Below, in pieces: positions 12,125 through 25,844 of a stretch of 64,000 nt of DNA. How positions within the stretch are numbered: position 1 is the stretch's first letter; the number at the start of each line of letters is the position of its first letter. Under the pieces are notes generated by a model. That model saw only the letters and a program-made list of their open reading frames with translations. It did not search any database and had not been told where the DNA came from. The stretch lies in assembly GCF_016433145.1 (NCBI RefSeq), contig NC_058135.1:106927860-106991859 (forward strand). Direction: 5' to 3'. The position numbers and the translations under genes were made by a program. Source of the stretch: Gracilinanus agilis (Eukaryota).

Positions 12125-14756
12125 AGAAGAGACTGATTCACTGCTCAGGGAAACTTAGACAACGATTTCTCAACCGGATAAGAAGAGAGAATTTTGTTTT
12201 CTTTTCAGGGAATGAGTCCAAGACATAATGGAGAACCTCCCAAGACTTATCAAAATGGATGGCAACTAGTCACTGATGGTTATTCATATGGGAGTCAGTG
12301 ACCCAGCCAAAAGAAATCTCAAAGACACTGCCAATGATTAGAAAGTCTTGGGCAAGAAACTAGACTGCTGGAGGTTGTGTTTCTCTTACCGTTGCCCACT
12401 GAAGACAGAGAAATGCAGAAGAGTAGAATTAATTTGAGAAGTGAACAGCTGGCTAAAAAATCCATTCTCTGAGAAAGGGATTTGGACTTCTGAAGCCTGA
12501 CTCAAAATACAGGGATGACAGATTCCTGGCCACAAATAGAGTACACACAATAAATTATGTATTTGCCAGGCATCCTGAAAAATCTAATCAAAATGGCTTT
12601 AAACTGAAAAGTAAAGGGGAGTGAGAATACGGCTCTGTATGTGCCTCAAGTCAGACACTACAGAGACTAGCTAGAAAGAAGAAAGCAGAAGAACAATCTG
12701 AGAACCACAAAAGTTCATAGGAGAAACGTTCCAAAAAAAGGAGCTGGAAGCAAAAACTATGAATTCAAATATTTATAAATGAATATCTCATGTATAGGCA
12801 AAAAAAAAGGAGGGGAAGTAGATGTCTTAATGGAAGGAGGTAAACTTGTCATCACAAGTTCTACTGAGACTTGGTGGGATAAATCCCATTACTGGATCAT
12901 GACTAAATGGGTATATTTGAGTCAAAATAAAAAAAAATATATATATATATATAGGGAAAAGTTGGAGAAGAGGAGAAGAGCATTATATATTAATAAGGTA
13001 TTTGAAGAAATTCAACAAGGAAAGAAAAGAAAAAGTATGACGGGAGTATTTAATTGAAAGTTAATGGAAGGAGAAAAAGAAGTGATTTTTTTTCTCATTG
13101 GAGAATACTACCAACCAGAAGGATTTGGAAACATCACAAGAGCATAGATATGTTAATATACAAAATAACTGGGCTTGCTTGTAAATTGTTTTAATTACTT
13201 TTAATACAAAGGTCATTTTCCTTGGCAGAGGAAATAAAAGCAAAATAACAACTGACCAGCTCTGTGTACTTTCTGTTATCAGTTATCATTGATAACTGAT
13301 ATATCATATATATATATATATCATATCATATATATATCATATCATAAATAATATTATCCTAACTTCCTAGAAAGCCTCATTTTCTATTCTCACTTTATAT
13401 GTAGAAATTTGCATAGATGTGTATAGTTTAAGATACGTATATGTATATTCTTAAATTCTACATCCACATATCCTTATAAATATACATCCCTGCATATCGA
13501 GTTGCCTATATTGCACTATGAATTTCTCTATATACATATATATTATACAGTGAAGGAATAGAAATTAAGTACAGCAAAAATAAGAGTGGGTTGTTTTGAA
13601 CTCTCTAGGGTATATAGCAGAATAATCGAAGGGGAAAAGAGCTAATTAGGCCAATTTTTATTTTGCTTCCTTGTTTTTTGTCAAAGAAAAACATTTTTTA
13701 AACCCTTACCTTTCATCTTGAAGTCAATACTGTGTATTGGCTCCAAAGCAGAAGAATGGTAAGGGTAGGCAATGGGGGTCAAGTGACTTGCCCAGGGTCA
13801 CACAACTGGGAAGTGCAAAGAAAATCATTTTTTACTTTTAATGAAATTAAAAATGACTAACAAGGAGTAGATAGCTAAGGCAAATGGGGAGGTAAGAAGA
13901 ACATGCCTAGCTGCTCTTGATGAATAAATTCCTTTGGTCCAAATGAACTCTGCAAGGCAGTCCTGAAAAGCCAAGGAGAGGTGGGGCTGAGATACTGCCA
14001 GTGATATCTGAATAATCTTGGGAAATAGGGGAAGTACGAGAAAATGGAAAAAGTGCAAATGTGTGTTACTCGTTTTCAAAAAAAGGGGAAGAGAATGAAT
14101 GGTATATGAAATAAAGTACAATAAACTACTCTTCAACTCCTGGGGAAAAATTCTAAAAAGAGTTATTAAAGAGATGGTCGGTGATTATCTAGAAAAGGAA
14201 ATGATGATTACAAAAGGGCCAACATACCTCTATCAAGAATACATTATGCCAAATCAATCTCCCTTCCTTATTTGATAGGATTGCTAAACAAAATAGAGGA
14301 GGGAATAATATTAGATTTTATCCTTTTCTTTTCTATACTAGTTTATAGAATTCAGATTAAAAAATCAGACACAAATAAATATTAGATGATAATACAATTT
14401 GATTAATTCAGACCTTGCTGAATAGTCAGACTCAAGGAGCAGTTAATATCTTAATGTTAAAGTAGAAGGTCTCCAGTGAGGTACTTAAGGGATCTGTGCT
14501 TGGTCTGTAATATTTAACATCTTTGCCAATGACTTGGATAAATGGATAGATGTTATAGTAATTAAATTTGCAGATAGCACCAAGCTGGGACAGCTAACAT
14601 ATAAGGGTAGAAGATAAAGATTTAAAAGGATCTTAGCAAACTAAGAAACTGGGGTGAATTTCACAAAATGAAATCCAATGGCCATGAATATAAAGTAACA
14701 AATAGGAACAAAAATCAACTTTATCAGTATAGGATAAAGGGAAGAATTTTATAGAA
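12125..14756 (+). mobile_element. L3/CR1 LINE, 5' part: ORF1 esterase relic, ORF2 endonuclease and RT
   Basis: Degenerate TDSLLRET...VQDIMENLPRLIK...VIHMGVSD (CR1 ORF1 GDSL/SGNH-like) at ~12130-12360; STETWWDKSH (CR1 endonuclease) at ~12860; GEV..W..ANV...FKKG-like RT segment at ~14025-14090; IKFADSTKLG at 14561-14590. Confidence 0.85.
13697..13816 (-). mobile_element. Truncated SINE1_Mdo-like SINE inserted in the L3
   Basis: CCCTTACCTT..ATCTTGAAGTCAATACTGTGTATTGG...GTGACTTGCCCAGGGTCACACA. Confidence 0.75.
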
Positions 14757-17700
14757 CAGTTGTTATGAAAAATATTTTAGTGAACTACAAGCTACAAGTT
14801 GATCTGGAAAAATTGGCCTAGAAATATTGTGGACTACAAATTGTTCTTTAAAAAAAAAGATCTAGGACCTCAGTGTATTACGAGCTATAAGTTATTATGT
14901 TAAAGAAGCTCTAGGAATTTAAAGGACAAGATACAAGTTGTTTGGGGTGGGGGCAGAAATTACAGGATTTTAATGGACTATAAACAACATATTGTTTTGA
15001 GAAAAAGAAAAGTTCTAAGATTTAACTGAACTATAAACTACAAATTTCGGGGCGGGGGGAGTCTATGATTTTAGTGGACTGAAAACTGCAACTTGTTTTT
15101 GGGTGGTGAAAAAGGTTGAGGAGCTAAGTGGGCCACAGGCTAAAGTTGTTCTGGAAAAAAATAGGTGGTTTTGGTGAACTAAAAAGCTACAAATTGCCTA
15201 GAAAAAAAAAAAGAAAAGAAAACAGCCTTGGATTTTAGTGGACTATAAGCTACAAGTTGTTCTGGATAATAAAAAGTCTAGGATTTCAGTAGACAATTCA
15301 GTGGTTACAAGTTGTCTTTAAAAAAAGTAGACAATCTAAGATTTTAGTGGATTAAAATTAAAATTTAAGATTTTGGTGAACTACTATCTACAAATTACTT
15401 GGGAAAAAAGTCTAGAATTTTAGTGGACTACAACCTAAAAATTGTTCTGAAAAGAAAAAAAAATTGTCTTGGGATTCAGTATATTACAAGTTATAAAATG
15501 TTTCAAAATAATAAGATCTAAGATCATGTTGGATTACCAGCTATCTTGAAAAAAAAAAGGGATCTAACATTTAATGCACTTCAAGCTACAAGTTATTCTA
15601 ATAAGAGGTTAAAAAAAGTAGAAAAAAAATTCAGGTTTTAATGTATTACAAGTTACATATTATTTGGGGGAAAAGAAGAAGTCTAGGGTTGTGTTTGACT
15701 ACAACCTACTAACTGTTCTGGAAAAAAGTCTACAAATTTAGTGGACTGCAATCTACATGTTGTTCTGGGTGATAAAAAAAAAAAAGCCTAGAATTTTAGT
15801 GGATAATTCAGTGGCTACAGAATGTCCTAAAAAGGGTGGGAAGATCCTGAGATTTTAGTGGGAAAAAAGCTACAATTTGTTCTGAGGGAACAAAAGGTCA
15901 AGAATTTTAGTAGACTACACACTCCAAGTTGTTCTGGAGAAAAAAAATTCTATTGAATTACAAGATATTCTGAAGACAATAAAAAATCTAGCACTAGAAA
16001 TTATTCTTAAAAAATGATGAAAAAAGGTCTAACATTTTCTTGGACTAGAAGTTGTTCAGAAAAATAAAGGAGATCTAGAATTTTAGAGGATGACAAGCTA
16101 CAAGTTGTTTGGGGAGAAAATTAGAATTTTAATGGACTAGAAGCCATAAGTTCTTCTAAAAAAAGGTGTAGACTTTTAGAAGGTTACAAGCTTCCAGTTG
16201 TTCTGGGGAGAAAAGCTCTAGTGAAATGCAACCTGTTCTGAGAATAAAAAAAAAAAAAAAAAAAAAAAAGGTTTAGCATTTTAGTGCATTACAAGTGATT
16301 CTTTAAAAAAAAAAGATGAAAAAAGTTATAAATTTTGTTGGACTACAAACTACTTTTAAAAAAAAAAACAGATCCAGGATTTTAATGCACTACAAGCTAC
16401 AAGTTGTGGATGACAACCTATAAATTATTCTGGGGAAAAAGATGGCTCCAATTTTGTACTCTACAAACTACAAGTTGTTGTGGAGAGAAAAAAAAAAAAA
16501 AGATGGTTTAGGGGGCATAAAACCCAAGTTACAAATTGCCCAAAAAAAAAAAAAACAAGTATAGGAATATAGTAGATCACAACCTAGAAATTATTTTAAA
16601 AAATGGCTCCAATTATTTTGGACTACAAACTACAAGTTGTTCAAGGAAGGATAGGTCTAGTGAATTGCAAGCTCTTCTGGAAAAAAATATTTTAGTTCAT
16701 TACAAGTTATTCTTTAAAAAAAGCTGAAAAAAAGGTATAAGATTTTGTTAGACTACAAACTGTTCAGTAATAAAAAGAGATCCAGGATTTTAATGCACTA
16801 TAAGCTACAAGTTTTTCTAGGAAAAAAAATAGGCCTCAGAGTTTGGCGGACTACAATCTATAAACTGCGTTCAAAAAAAGTCTAGAATTTTATTGGACTA
16901 CAACCTAAAAATTGTTCTGAAAAGAAAAAAAAATTGTCTTGGGTTTCAGTTAACAAGTTACAAACTGATTCAAAATAAAAAAGGTCAAAGATCTTGTTGG
17001 ACTACAAGTAATTTTGAAAAAAATATCTAACATTTTAATACACTTCAAGCTACAAGTTATTGTAAGAGGTAAAAAAAAAGTTGTGGAAAAAAATTCCAGG
17101 ATTTTAATGTACTACAAGCTACATATTGCTTGGGGAAAACAAAAAGTCTAGGATTGTACTAACCTACTAACTGTTCTGAAAAAAAAGTCTACAAATTTAG
17201 TGGACTACAATCTACATTTTGTTCTGAGTGATAAAAAATAAAAAGTCTAGAATTTCAGGGGAAAAATCAGTGAATACACATTGTCCTAAAAAGGATGGGA
17301 AGGTCCTGAGATTTTAGTGGAAAAAAAGCTACAATTTGTTGGTCAAGAGTTTTAGTAGACTACAAAATCTAAGGTGTTCTGGGTGAAAAAGTTCTAGTGA
17401 ATTACAAGCTTTTCTGAAGAAAACAAACAAAAAAATTTAGGATTTTAATGAATGAGAAGTTATTCTAAAAGAATGGTGAAAAAAGGTCTAGGATTTTTTG
17501 AAATAGAAGATATTCAGAAAAATAAAAAGATCTAGAATTTAAGTGGATGACAAGCTACAAGTTGTTTGGAGAAAAAGATTAGAATTTTAATGGACTAGAA
17601 GTCAAGTTCTTCTAAAAAAGGTCTAGAGCTTTAGTAGACTACAAGCTTCCAGTGGTTCTGGGGAGAAAAGGTCTAGTGAATTGCAACATGTTCTGAGGGA

Positions 17701-20700
17701 AAAAAAAAGGTCTAGCATCATAGTGCATTAAAGATCTAGCATCATAGTGCATTACAAGTGATTCTTTAAAAAAAGATGGAAAAATGCTAAGCATTTTGTT
17801 GGACTACAAACTATTCAGGAAAAATAAAACATCCNACAAGCTTCCAGTGGTTCTGGGGAGAAAAGGTCTAGTGAATTGCAACCTGTTCTGAGGGAAAAAA
17901 AAGATCTTGCATCATAGTGCATTAAAGATCTAGCATCATAGTGCATTACAAGTGATTCTTTAAAAAAAGATGGAAAAATGCTAAGCATTTTGTTGGACTA
18001 CAAACTATTCAGGAAAAATAAAACATCCAGGATTTTAATGCACTAGAATCTACAAGTTGTTGTGGTGGTGGTGGTGGGGTGGGTCGGGAATAGGTCTAGG
18101 ACTTTGGTGGACTACAGTATACAAATGGTTCTGAAAAGAAAAAAAAAGTCTTAGATTTCAGTGGAATACAAGTTACAAGGCATATTCAAAATAAAAAGGT
18201 CTAAAATATTCTTGGACTACCAGCTATTTTGGGGAAAAAAAAGATCTAACATTTTAATTCATTTCAAGCCACGAGTTTTTCTAATATGAAATAAAATTTT
18301 TTAGAAAAATGTTATCCTGGAAAAAATTCCCAGGATTTTAATAATTGTTTGGGAGAAAACAAAAGTTCTAGGCTTGTACTGAACTATCAACTACAAGTTG
18401 TTTTGGGGAGAAAAAAAAAGGTGGTTTGAGGGGACTAAAACTCAAGATACAAATTGCCTAAAAAAACAATCTAGGATTATAGTGGACTACAACCTAGAAA
18501 TTATCCTGAAAAACAAATTGGCTTCAATTGTAGTGGATTACAAATTACAAGTTGTTCTGGGTAGGAAAGGTCTAGTGAATTGCAAACTCTTCTGAAAAAA
18601 AACAAAAAAAGATGTAGGATTTTAGTGCATTACCAGTTATTCTGAAAAAAAAAAAGATGATAAAAAGCTCTAGGATTTTGTTAGACTACAAACTGTTCAG
18701 TAATAAAAAAGATATCCAAGATTTTAATGAACTACAAGCTACAAATTATTCTAAGAAAAAAATAGGTCTAGGAGTTTTGTGGACTACAATCTATAAACTG
18801 CCTTCAAAAAAAAAAAAAAGGCTAGAATTTCAGTGGACAAATCAGTGGTTACAGATTGTCCTAAAAAGGGAGGGAAGGTCCTGAGATTTTAGTGGAAAAA
18901 AAGCTACCATTTGTTCTGAGGGAACAAAAGGTCAAGAGTTTTAGTAGACTACAAATTCTAAGGTGTTCTGGGTGAAAAAGTTCTAGTGAATTGCAAACTA
19001 TTCTGAAGAAAACAAAAAAAATTTGGATTTTAATGCAGGAGAAGTTATTCTAAAAGAATGGTGAAAAAAAGGTCTAGGATTTTTTGAAATAGAAGATGTT
19101 CAGAAAAATAAAAAGATTTGGAATTTTAGTGAATGATAAGCTATAAGTTGTTTGGAGAAAAAATTAGAATTTTAATGGACTAGAAGTCACTAGTTCTTCT
19201 AAAAAAGGTCTAGAGCTTTAGTAGACTACAAGCTTCCAGTGGTTCTGGGGAGAAAAGGTCTAGTGAATTGCAACCTGTTCTGAGGGGAAAAAAAAGATCT
19301 AGCATCATAGTGCATTAAAGATCTAGCATCTTAGTGCATTACAAGTGATTCTTTAAAAAAAGATGGAAAAATGTCTAGCATTTTGTTGGACTACAAACTA
19401 TTCAGGAAAAATAAAAGATCCAGGATTTTAATGCACTAGAAACTACAAGTTGTTCTGGGGGTGGGGGGGTTTGGGGGGGAATAGGTCTAGGACTTTGCTG
19501 GACTACAGTATATAAATGGTTCTAAAAAAAAAGTCTTAGATTTCAGTGGAATACAAGTTATAAGGAATATTCAAAATAAAAAGGTCTAAAATATTCTTGG
19601 ACTACCAGCTATTTTGAAAAAAAAAAAGATCTAAGATTTTAATTCATTTCAAGCCATGAGTTTTTCTAATATGAAATAAAATTTTTTAGAAAAATGTTAT
19701 CCAGGAAAAAATTCCCAGGATTTTAATGTTTGTTTGGGAGAAAACAAAAGCTCTAGGATTGTACTGAACTACAAACTACAAGTTGTTTTGGGGATAAAAC
19801 AAAAAGGTGGTTTGAGGGGACTAAAACTCAAGTTACAAATTGCCTAAAAGAACAATCTAGGATTATAGTGGACTACAATCTAGAAATTATCCTAAAAAAA
19901 ATTGGCTCCAATTGTAGTGCATTACAAATTACAAGTTGTTTTGGGTAGGAAAGGTCTAGTGAATTGGAAGCTCTTCTGAAAAAAAAAAGATCTAGAATTT
20001 TAGTGCATTACAAGTTATTCTTTAAAAAAAGATGATAAAAAGCTCTAGGATTTTGTTAGACTACAAACTGTTCAGTAATAAAAAGAGATCCAGGATTTTA
20101 ATGCACTACAAGCTACAAGTTATTCTAGGAAAAAATAGGTCTAGGAGTCTGGTGGACTACAATCTATAAACTGCCTTCAAAAAAAAGTCTACAATTTTAG
20201 TGGACTACAATCTAAAAAATTGTTTTGAAAAGAAAAAAAAATTGTCTTGGATTTCAGTTGACGAGTTACAAACTGATTCAAAATAAATAGGTTGAAGAAT
20301 TTGTTGGACTACCAGTAATTTTGAAAAAAGAGAGATCTAACATTTTAATGCACTTCAAGATACAAGTTATTGTAAGAGGTAAAAAAATGTTGTAGGAAAA
20401 ATTGCATGATATTAATGTACTACAAGCTACATATTGCTTGGGGGGAACAAAAAATCTAGGATTATACTAACCTATTAATTGTTTAAAGAAAAGTCTACAA
20501 ATTTAGTGGACTACAATCTACATGTTGTTCTGCAGGATAAAAAAAAAAAGTCTAGAATTTCAGTGGACAATTCAGTGGCTACAGATTGTCCTAAAAAGGG
20601 TGGGAAGGTCCTGAGATTTTAGTGGGGAAAAAAAGCTACAATTTGTTCTGAGGAAACAAAAGGTCAAGAGTTTTAGTAGGCTACATAATCGAAGGTGTCC

Positions 20701-23700
20701 TGGGAGGAAAAGATCTAGTGAACTGCAAGCTATTCTGAAGAAAACAAAAAAAAATTTAGGATTTTAATGGAGGAGAAGTTATTCTAAAAGAATGGTGAAA
20801 AAAAGGTCTAGGATTTTTTGAAATAGAAGATGATCAGAAAAATAAAAAGATTTAGAATTTTAGTGGATGATAAGCTACAAGTTGTTTGGAGAAAAAAAAT
20901 AGAATTTTAATGGACTAGAAGTCACAAGTTCTTCTAAAATAGGTCTAGAGTTTTAGTAGACTACAAGCTTCCAGTGGTTCTGGGGAGAAAAGGTCTAGTG
21001 AATTGCAACCTGTTCTGAGGGAAAAAAAAAAAAAAGATCTAGCATTACAAGTGATACTTTAAAAAAAAAAAAAGATGGAAAAATATGAAGGATTTTGTTG
21101 GACTACAAACTATTCAGGGGAAAAAAAAAGATCCAGGATTGTAATGCACTAGAAGCTACAAGTTGTTTGGGGGGGGGGGTAAAAATAGGTCTAGGATTTT
21201 GGTGGACTACAATATACAAATGGTTCTGAAAAGAAAAAAAAAGTCTTAGATTTCAGTGGAATACAAGTTACAAGGCATATTCAAAATAAAAAGGTCTAAA
21301 ATATTCTTGTACTACCAGCTATTTTGAAAAAAAAAATCTAACATTTTAATTCATTTCAAGCCACGATTTTTTCTAATAAGAAATAAAATTTTTTAAAAAG
21401 TTATCCTGTAAATGTTTTCTGGATTTTAATGTTTGTTTGGGAGAAAAGAAAAGCTCTAAGATTGTACTGAACCACAAACTACAAGTTGTTCTGAGGAGGA
21501 AAGGTCTAGTGAATTGCAAGCTCTTCTGAAAGAAAAAAAAAGGTCTAGGATTTCAGTTCATTGTAAGTTATTCTTTAAAAAAAAAGATGAATAAAAGGTC
21601 TACGATTTTGTTAGACTACAATCTGTTAGTAATAAAAAGAGATCCAGGATTTTAATGCACTACAAGCTACAAGTCATTGTAGGGAAAAAATAGGTTTAGG
21701 AGTTTTGTGGACTACAAATCAATAAATTGCCTTTAAAAAAAATTCTAGGATTTTGGTGGACTACAATATACAAATTGTTCTGAAAAGAAAAAAAAGACTG
21801 TCTTGGATTTCAGTAGACTGCCAATTACAAACTATTTCAAAATAAAAATGTCTAAGTTCTTGTACTACTAGCTATTTTTTTTTGAAAAAAAAAAAGATAT
21901 AACAATTTAATTCACTACAAACCATGAGTTTTTCTAATAACTAAAAAAAAAGTTCTCCTGGAAAACATTTTCAGGATTTTAATGTACTAGAAATTACATA
22001 TTTTTTTGGGGGGAAAGAAAAGCTGTAGCATTGAATTGAACTAAAAACTACAAGTTGTTTTGGGGAGAAAAAAAGGTGGCTTCGGGGGACTAATACTGAG
22101 TTACAAATTGCCTAAAAAAATGTATCATTATAGTGGACTACAACCTAGAAATTATCCTGAAAAAAAAATTGGCTCCAATTGTAGTGGACTAGAAACTACA
22201 AGTTGTTCTGGATAGGAAAGGTCTAGTGAATTGCAAGCTCTTCTAAAAAAAAAAAAGATCTAGAATTTTAGTGCATTACCAGTTATTCTTAAAAAAAAAA
22301 AAGATGAAAAAAAGGTCTAAGATTTTGTAAGACTACAAAGTGTTCAGTAATAAAAAGATATCCAAGATTTTAATGCACTATAAGCTACAAGTTATTCTAG
22401 GAAAAAAAAATAGGTCTCAGAATTTGGTGGACTACAATCTAAAAATTGCCTTAAAAAAAGTCTAGAATTTTAGTAGACTACAACCTACAAAATTTTCTGG
22501 AAAAACAAATAGTATTTCTTTGGACTGAAAGCCTAAAGTTCTTTTAAAAACAGTCTAAAGTTTATGTGGACTACAACCTATAAGTTGATCTGGGAAGAAA
22601 AGGTCTAGTGGATTCCAAGCTGTTCTGAAAATAAAAAGGATTTCAGTGCTTTTTCAAGTTATTCTAAAAAAAGATGAAAAAAATGTCTAGGATTTTGTTG
22701 GACTGCATGCTATTCAGAAAAACAAAAAGATCTAGGATGTTAGTGCACTACAAATTACAAGTTGTTCTGGGGGGAAAGTTGGTCTAGGATTTTGGTGGAC
22801 TATACCTACAAATTTCCTGAAAAAAAAAAAAACAAAAAACAAAAACAACCACAAAACAGCTAGGATATTAGTGGACTGTAGTCCACAAAAATATCTGTTA
22901 TTTTGAAGCTGTTCAGGAAAAAAAAAGATCTTAGATTTAATACACTACAAGTTACAAGTTGTTCTGGGAGAAAAAAATGAGCCCAGGATTTTGGTAGATT
23001 ACAAACTAAAAAGTACTTAAAAAAAAAAAAAAGTTTAGAATTGTATTGAACTAGAATCTGCAAGTTGTTCTGAAAAGAAAAAAAAATCTTGGATTTCAGA
23101 GGACTCCAATCTATAAGCTGTTTTCAAAATTTAAAAAGTCTAAGATTTTGTTGGACTTCCAGCTATTTAAAAAAATCTAACATTTAATGCACTTCAATCT
23201 ACAAGTTACTCTAATAAGATGCTAAAAACAAAGTATAGGATTTTAGTGGACTACAACCTGTAAGCTGTTCTGAGGGGTGAAAGGTTTAGAAATTTTAGTT
23301 GCTTACAAGCTGTTACAAATAAAGTTCTAGGATTTTAGTTTACTACAGGCTACAATACAAGTTATTCTAAAAAAAAAGGTAAAAAAAGGTTTTAAAAGGT
23401 CAAGGATTTGGGGGGAGTACTTCCAAGCTGTTCAGGAAAAAAAAGAACTAGGATTTTAGCGTACTACAAGCTACACACTATGGATGAGAAAAAAAGGAAA
23501 AAAGTAAGAGAAGGAAAGGAAAGGAAAGGAAAGGAAAGGAAAGGAAAGGAAAGGAAAGAAAAGTTCTACAAAAAGCTCAGATTTTAGTGGACTACAAGCT
23601 ACAAATTATTATGGGACAAAAAGGGTCTGGGAATTCGGTGGACTATAAGCTCCAGGTTGTTTTTTTTTTGGGGGGGGGAGGTCTAAGATTTTAGTGGAGT

Positions 23701-24430
23701 ACAAGATATAAATTGTTCTTTTAAAAAATAGAGAAAGCTCTAAGGTTTTAGTGGACTACAAGGTGCAAATTGTCCTTTATAAAAAAAATCTCAGATTTTT
23801 GTGGACTACCAGGTGCAAATTGTCCTTTAAAAAAAAGGTCTAAGATTTTTGTGGACTACAAGGTGCAAATTGTTCTTTAAAAAAATCTAGGATTTTAGTG
23901 GACTACAAGGTGCAAATTGTTCTTTAAGAAAAAGGTCTAAGATTTTAGTGGACTACAAGGTGCAAATTGTCCTTTAAAAAAAAAAAGGTCTAAGATTTTA
24001 GTGGACTACAAGGTGCAAATTGTCCTTTAAAAAAAAAGGTCTAAGATTTTAGCGGACTACAAGGTGCAAATTGTCCTTTAAAAAAAAAAAGGTCTAAGAT
24101 TTTAGTGGACTATAAGGTGCAAATTGTTCTTTAAAAAAAAGGTCTAAGATTTTTGTGGACTACAGGGTGCAAATTGTCCTTTTAAAAAAATCTAGGATTT
24201 TTGTGGACTACAAGGTGCAAATTGTCCTTAAAAAAAAAAGGTCTAAGATTTTTGTGGATTACAAGGTGCAAATTGTTCTTTAAAAACAAATCTAGGATTT
24301 TAGTGGACTACAAGGTGCAAATTGTCCTTTAAAAAAAAGGTTTAAGATTTTTGTGTACTACAAGGTGCAAACTGTCCTTTAACAACAACAAAAAAAAGTC
24401 TCATATTTTAGTGGGCTATAGGCTACAAGT
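14757..24430. repeat. ~9.7 kb tandem array of a ~45-55 bp L3-derived monomer (about 180-200 copies, estimated from length)
   Basis: Consensus (A)nGGTCTAGGATTTTAGTGGACTACAAGCTACAAGTTGTTCT repeats throughout, with variable poly-A linkers. Confidence 0.97.
23511..23562. repeat. (GGAAA)n microsatellite inside the array
   Basis: About 10 AAGGA units. Confidence 0.95.
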
Positions 24431-25000
24431 CAGTCAGCAGTGAGATATGCAAGCCAAAAATTAATACTAACAGGCTTCATTAATGATGGCATAAATTCCA
24501 AGGATGGAGACATAATAATTCTCCTGTACTATATCCTAGTCCGATTTCATCTGGAGTACTGAGCTCTCTTCTGTGAGCCATAATTTAAGAAAAATATTGA
24601 TAAGTTTGAGAAAGTCCAAAGAAAGGCAACCAAAATGATAAAGAGTCTATTATGATACTTTAGTTCAAGTAACTGGAGATATCCAGCAAAAAAGTAGAAG
24701 AAATATGATAACTGCCTTAAGGTATATGAAAAGTTATCATTTAGAAGAAAAATTAACTTGTTCTTATTGACCTTTAAGTGCAGAATTAGGAGCAGTAGGG
24801 TAGAAGGTACAAAGAGGAACAATTAAATTTGATATGAGGGAAATTTTCCAAATAATCAGTGTAGGAACAAAAAATGGAACAGCAGCATTAATAATGGCTT
24901 GGAAGTGTTTAAGTAGTCCTTGGAAGTCTCTAAGTAGAAGCTGGATGAAGTGCTTTTTTTTTGCAAGGCTAAATGCTTCTAAATAAATGTTAACTATTAG
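24431..25000 (+). mobile_element. L3/CR1 LINE, 3' part resuming right after the array
   Basis: 24408-24458 translates LVGYRLQVSQQ*DMQAK (CR1 LVDxKLxMSQQC...AKKAN); CATCTGGAGTAC (HLEY) at ~24548; GAGAAAGTCCAAAGAAAGGCAACCAAAATG (E.VQR.ATKM). Confidence 0.88.
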
Positions 25001-25844
25001 TAATAGCAACATGATAATACTGGAGCCTTATTTCATATTTGAGTTGGACTAGAGAGCCACTGAAATCCCTTTTAATTTTCAAATTCTGTGATTCTGTAAT
25101 TCTATCATGTCTGTTTCCAGATTTCCTATATAATTTTGACCTCTCCTGCAAATATCCCTTCTACAGGCTTTCCCCATGCCTAGAACAGACTGTCTCATTA
25201 TTACCTACTAAAAATCTCTCTTTTCTTTCAAAGTCCAAATCAAATATGACTTCTTCTATGAAGCCTTCCTTGATTTGCCCAAATATAAAAGCCTCTACTC
25301 TTCCTTGAAAGCCTCAGAGCACTCTGTCCTCCCTTAGCCTTTAATCATTTTCTAATTGCAATGATTTAAAAAAAATTATTACTACTGTTCTCAGTCCCTA
25401 CTACTTAAGTAAGTATAAAGCCCCTTGGGGGAATCGGAGACTTCTTTTTGCCCCCCTATTTTATTTCCCCATCCCTTAACCCAGAGCCTTGCATAGAACC
25501 CAGTAACTTCATTCATGTTTGTTAAAATGAATTAGATTGAGTTGTCCAGTGTAAGAAGGCAGTGATGCCCTCAGGGGCAATTGAATTGTGAAAGGTTGCT
25601 TGCCCCTACACTAACTGGATAGCCCCCAGTCTGGTTTTTTTTTCCTTTTGAGCTCTTGCTTCTGAATTTATAGTTTTTCTGTCTCTTCTCACCATGTCAA
25701 ACCGTGAGACATTAGTTCTTGCTGTATGCCTCCCTCTAGTCCCCCTTCTCATTTGCTGCTCCTAATATATTGTACACTGGAAAAACAGATACTGAAGCTT
25801 GTTAGATCTATGTTTTAAATAAGTCTAAAAAGATTATAACAGAG

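Noticed and set aside
17641-18028. Near-perfect 194 bp tandem duplication within the array
   Set aside because: The copies are joined by a single N at 17835, which is typical of an overlapping-contig join, so it is probably an assembly artefact.
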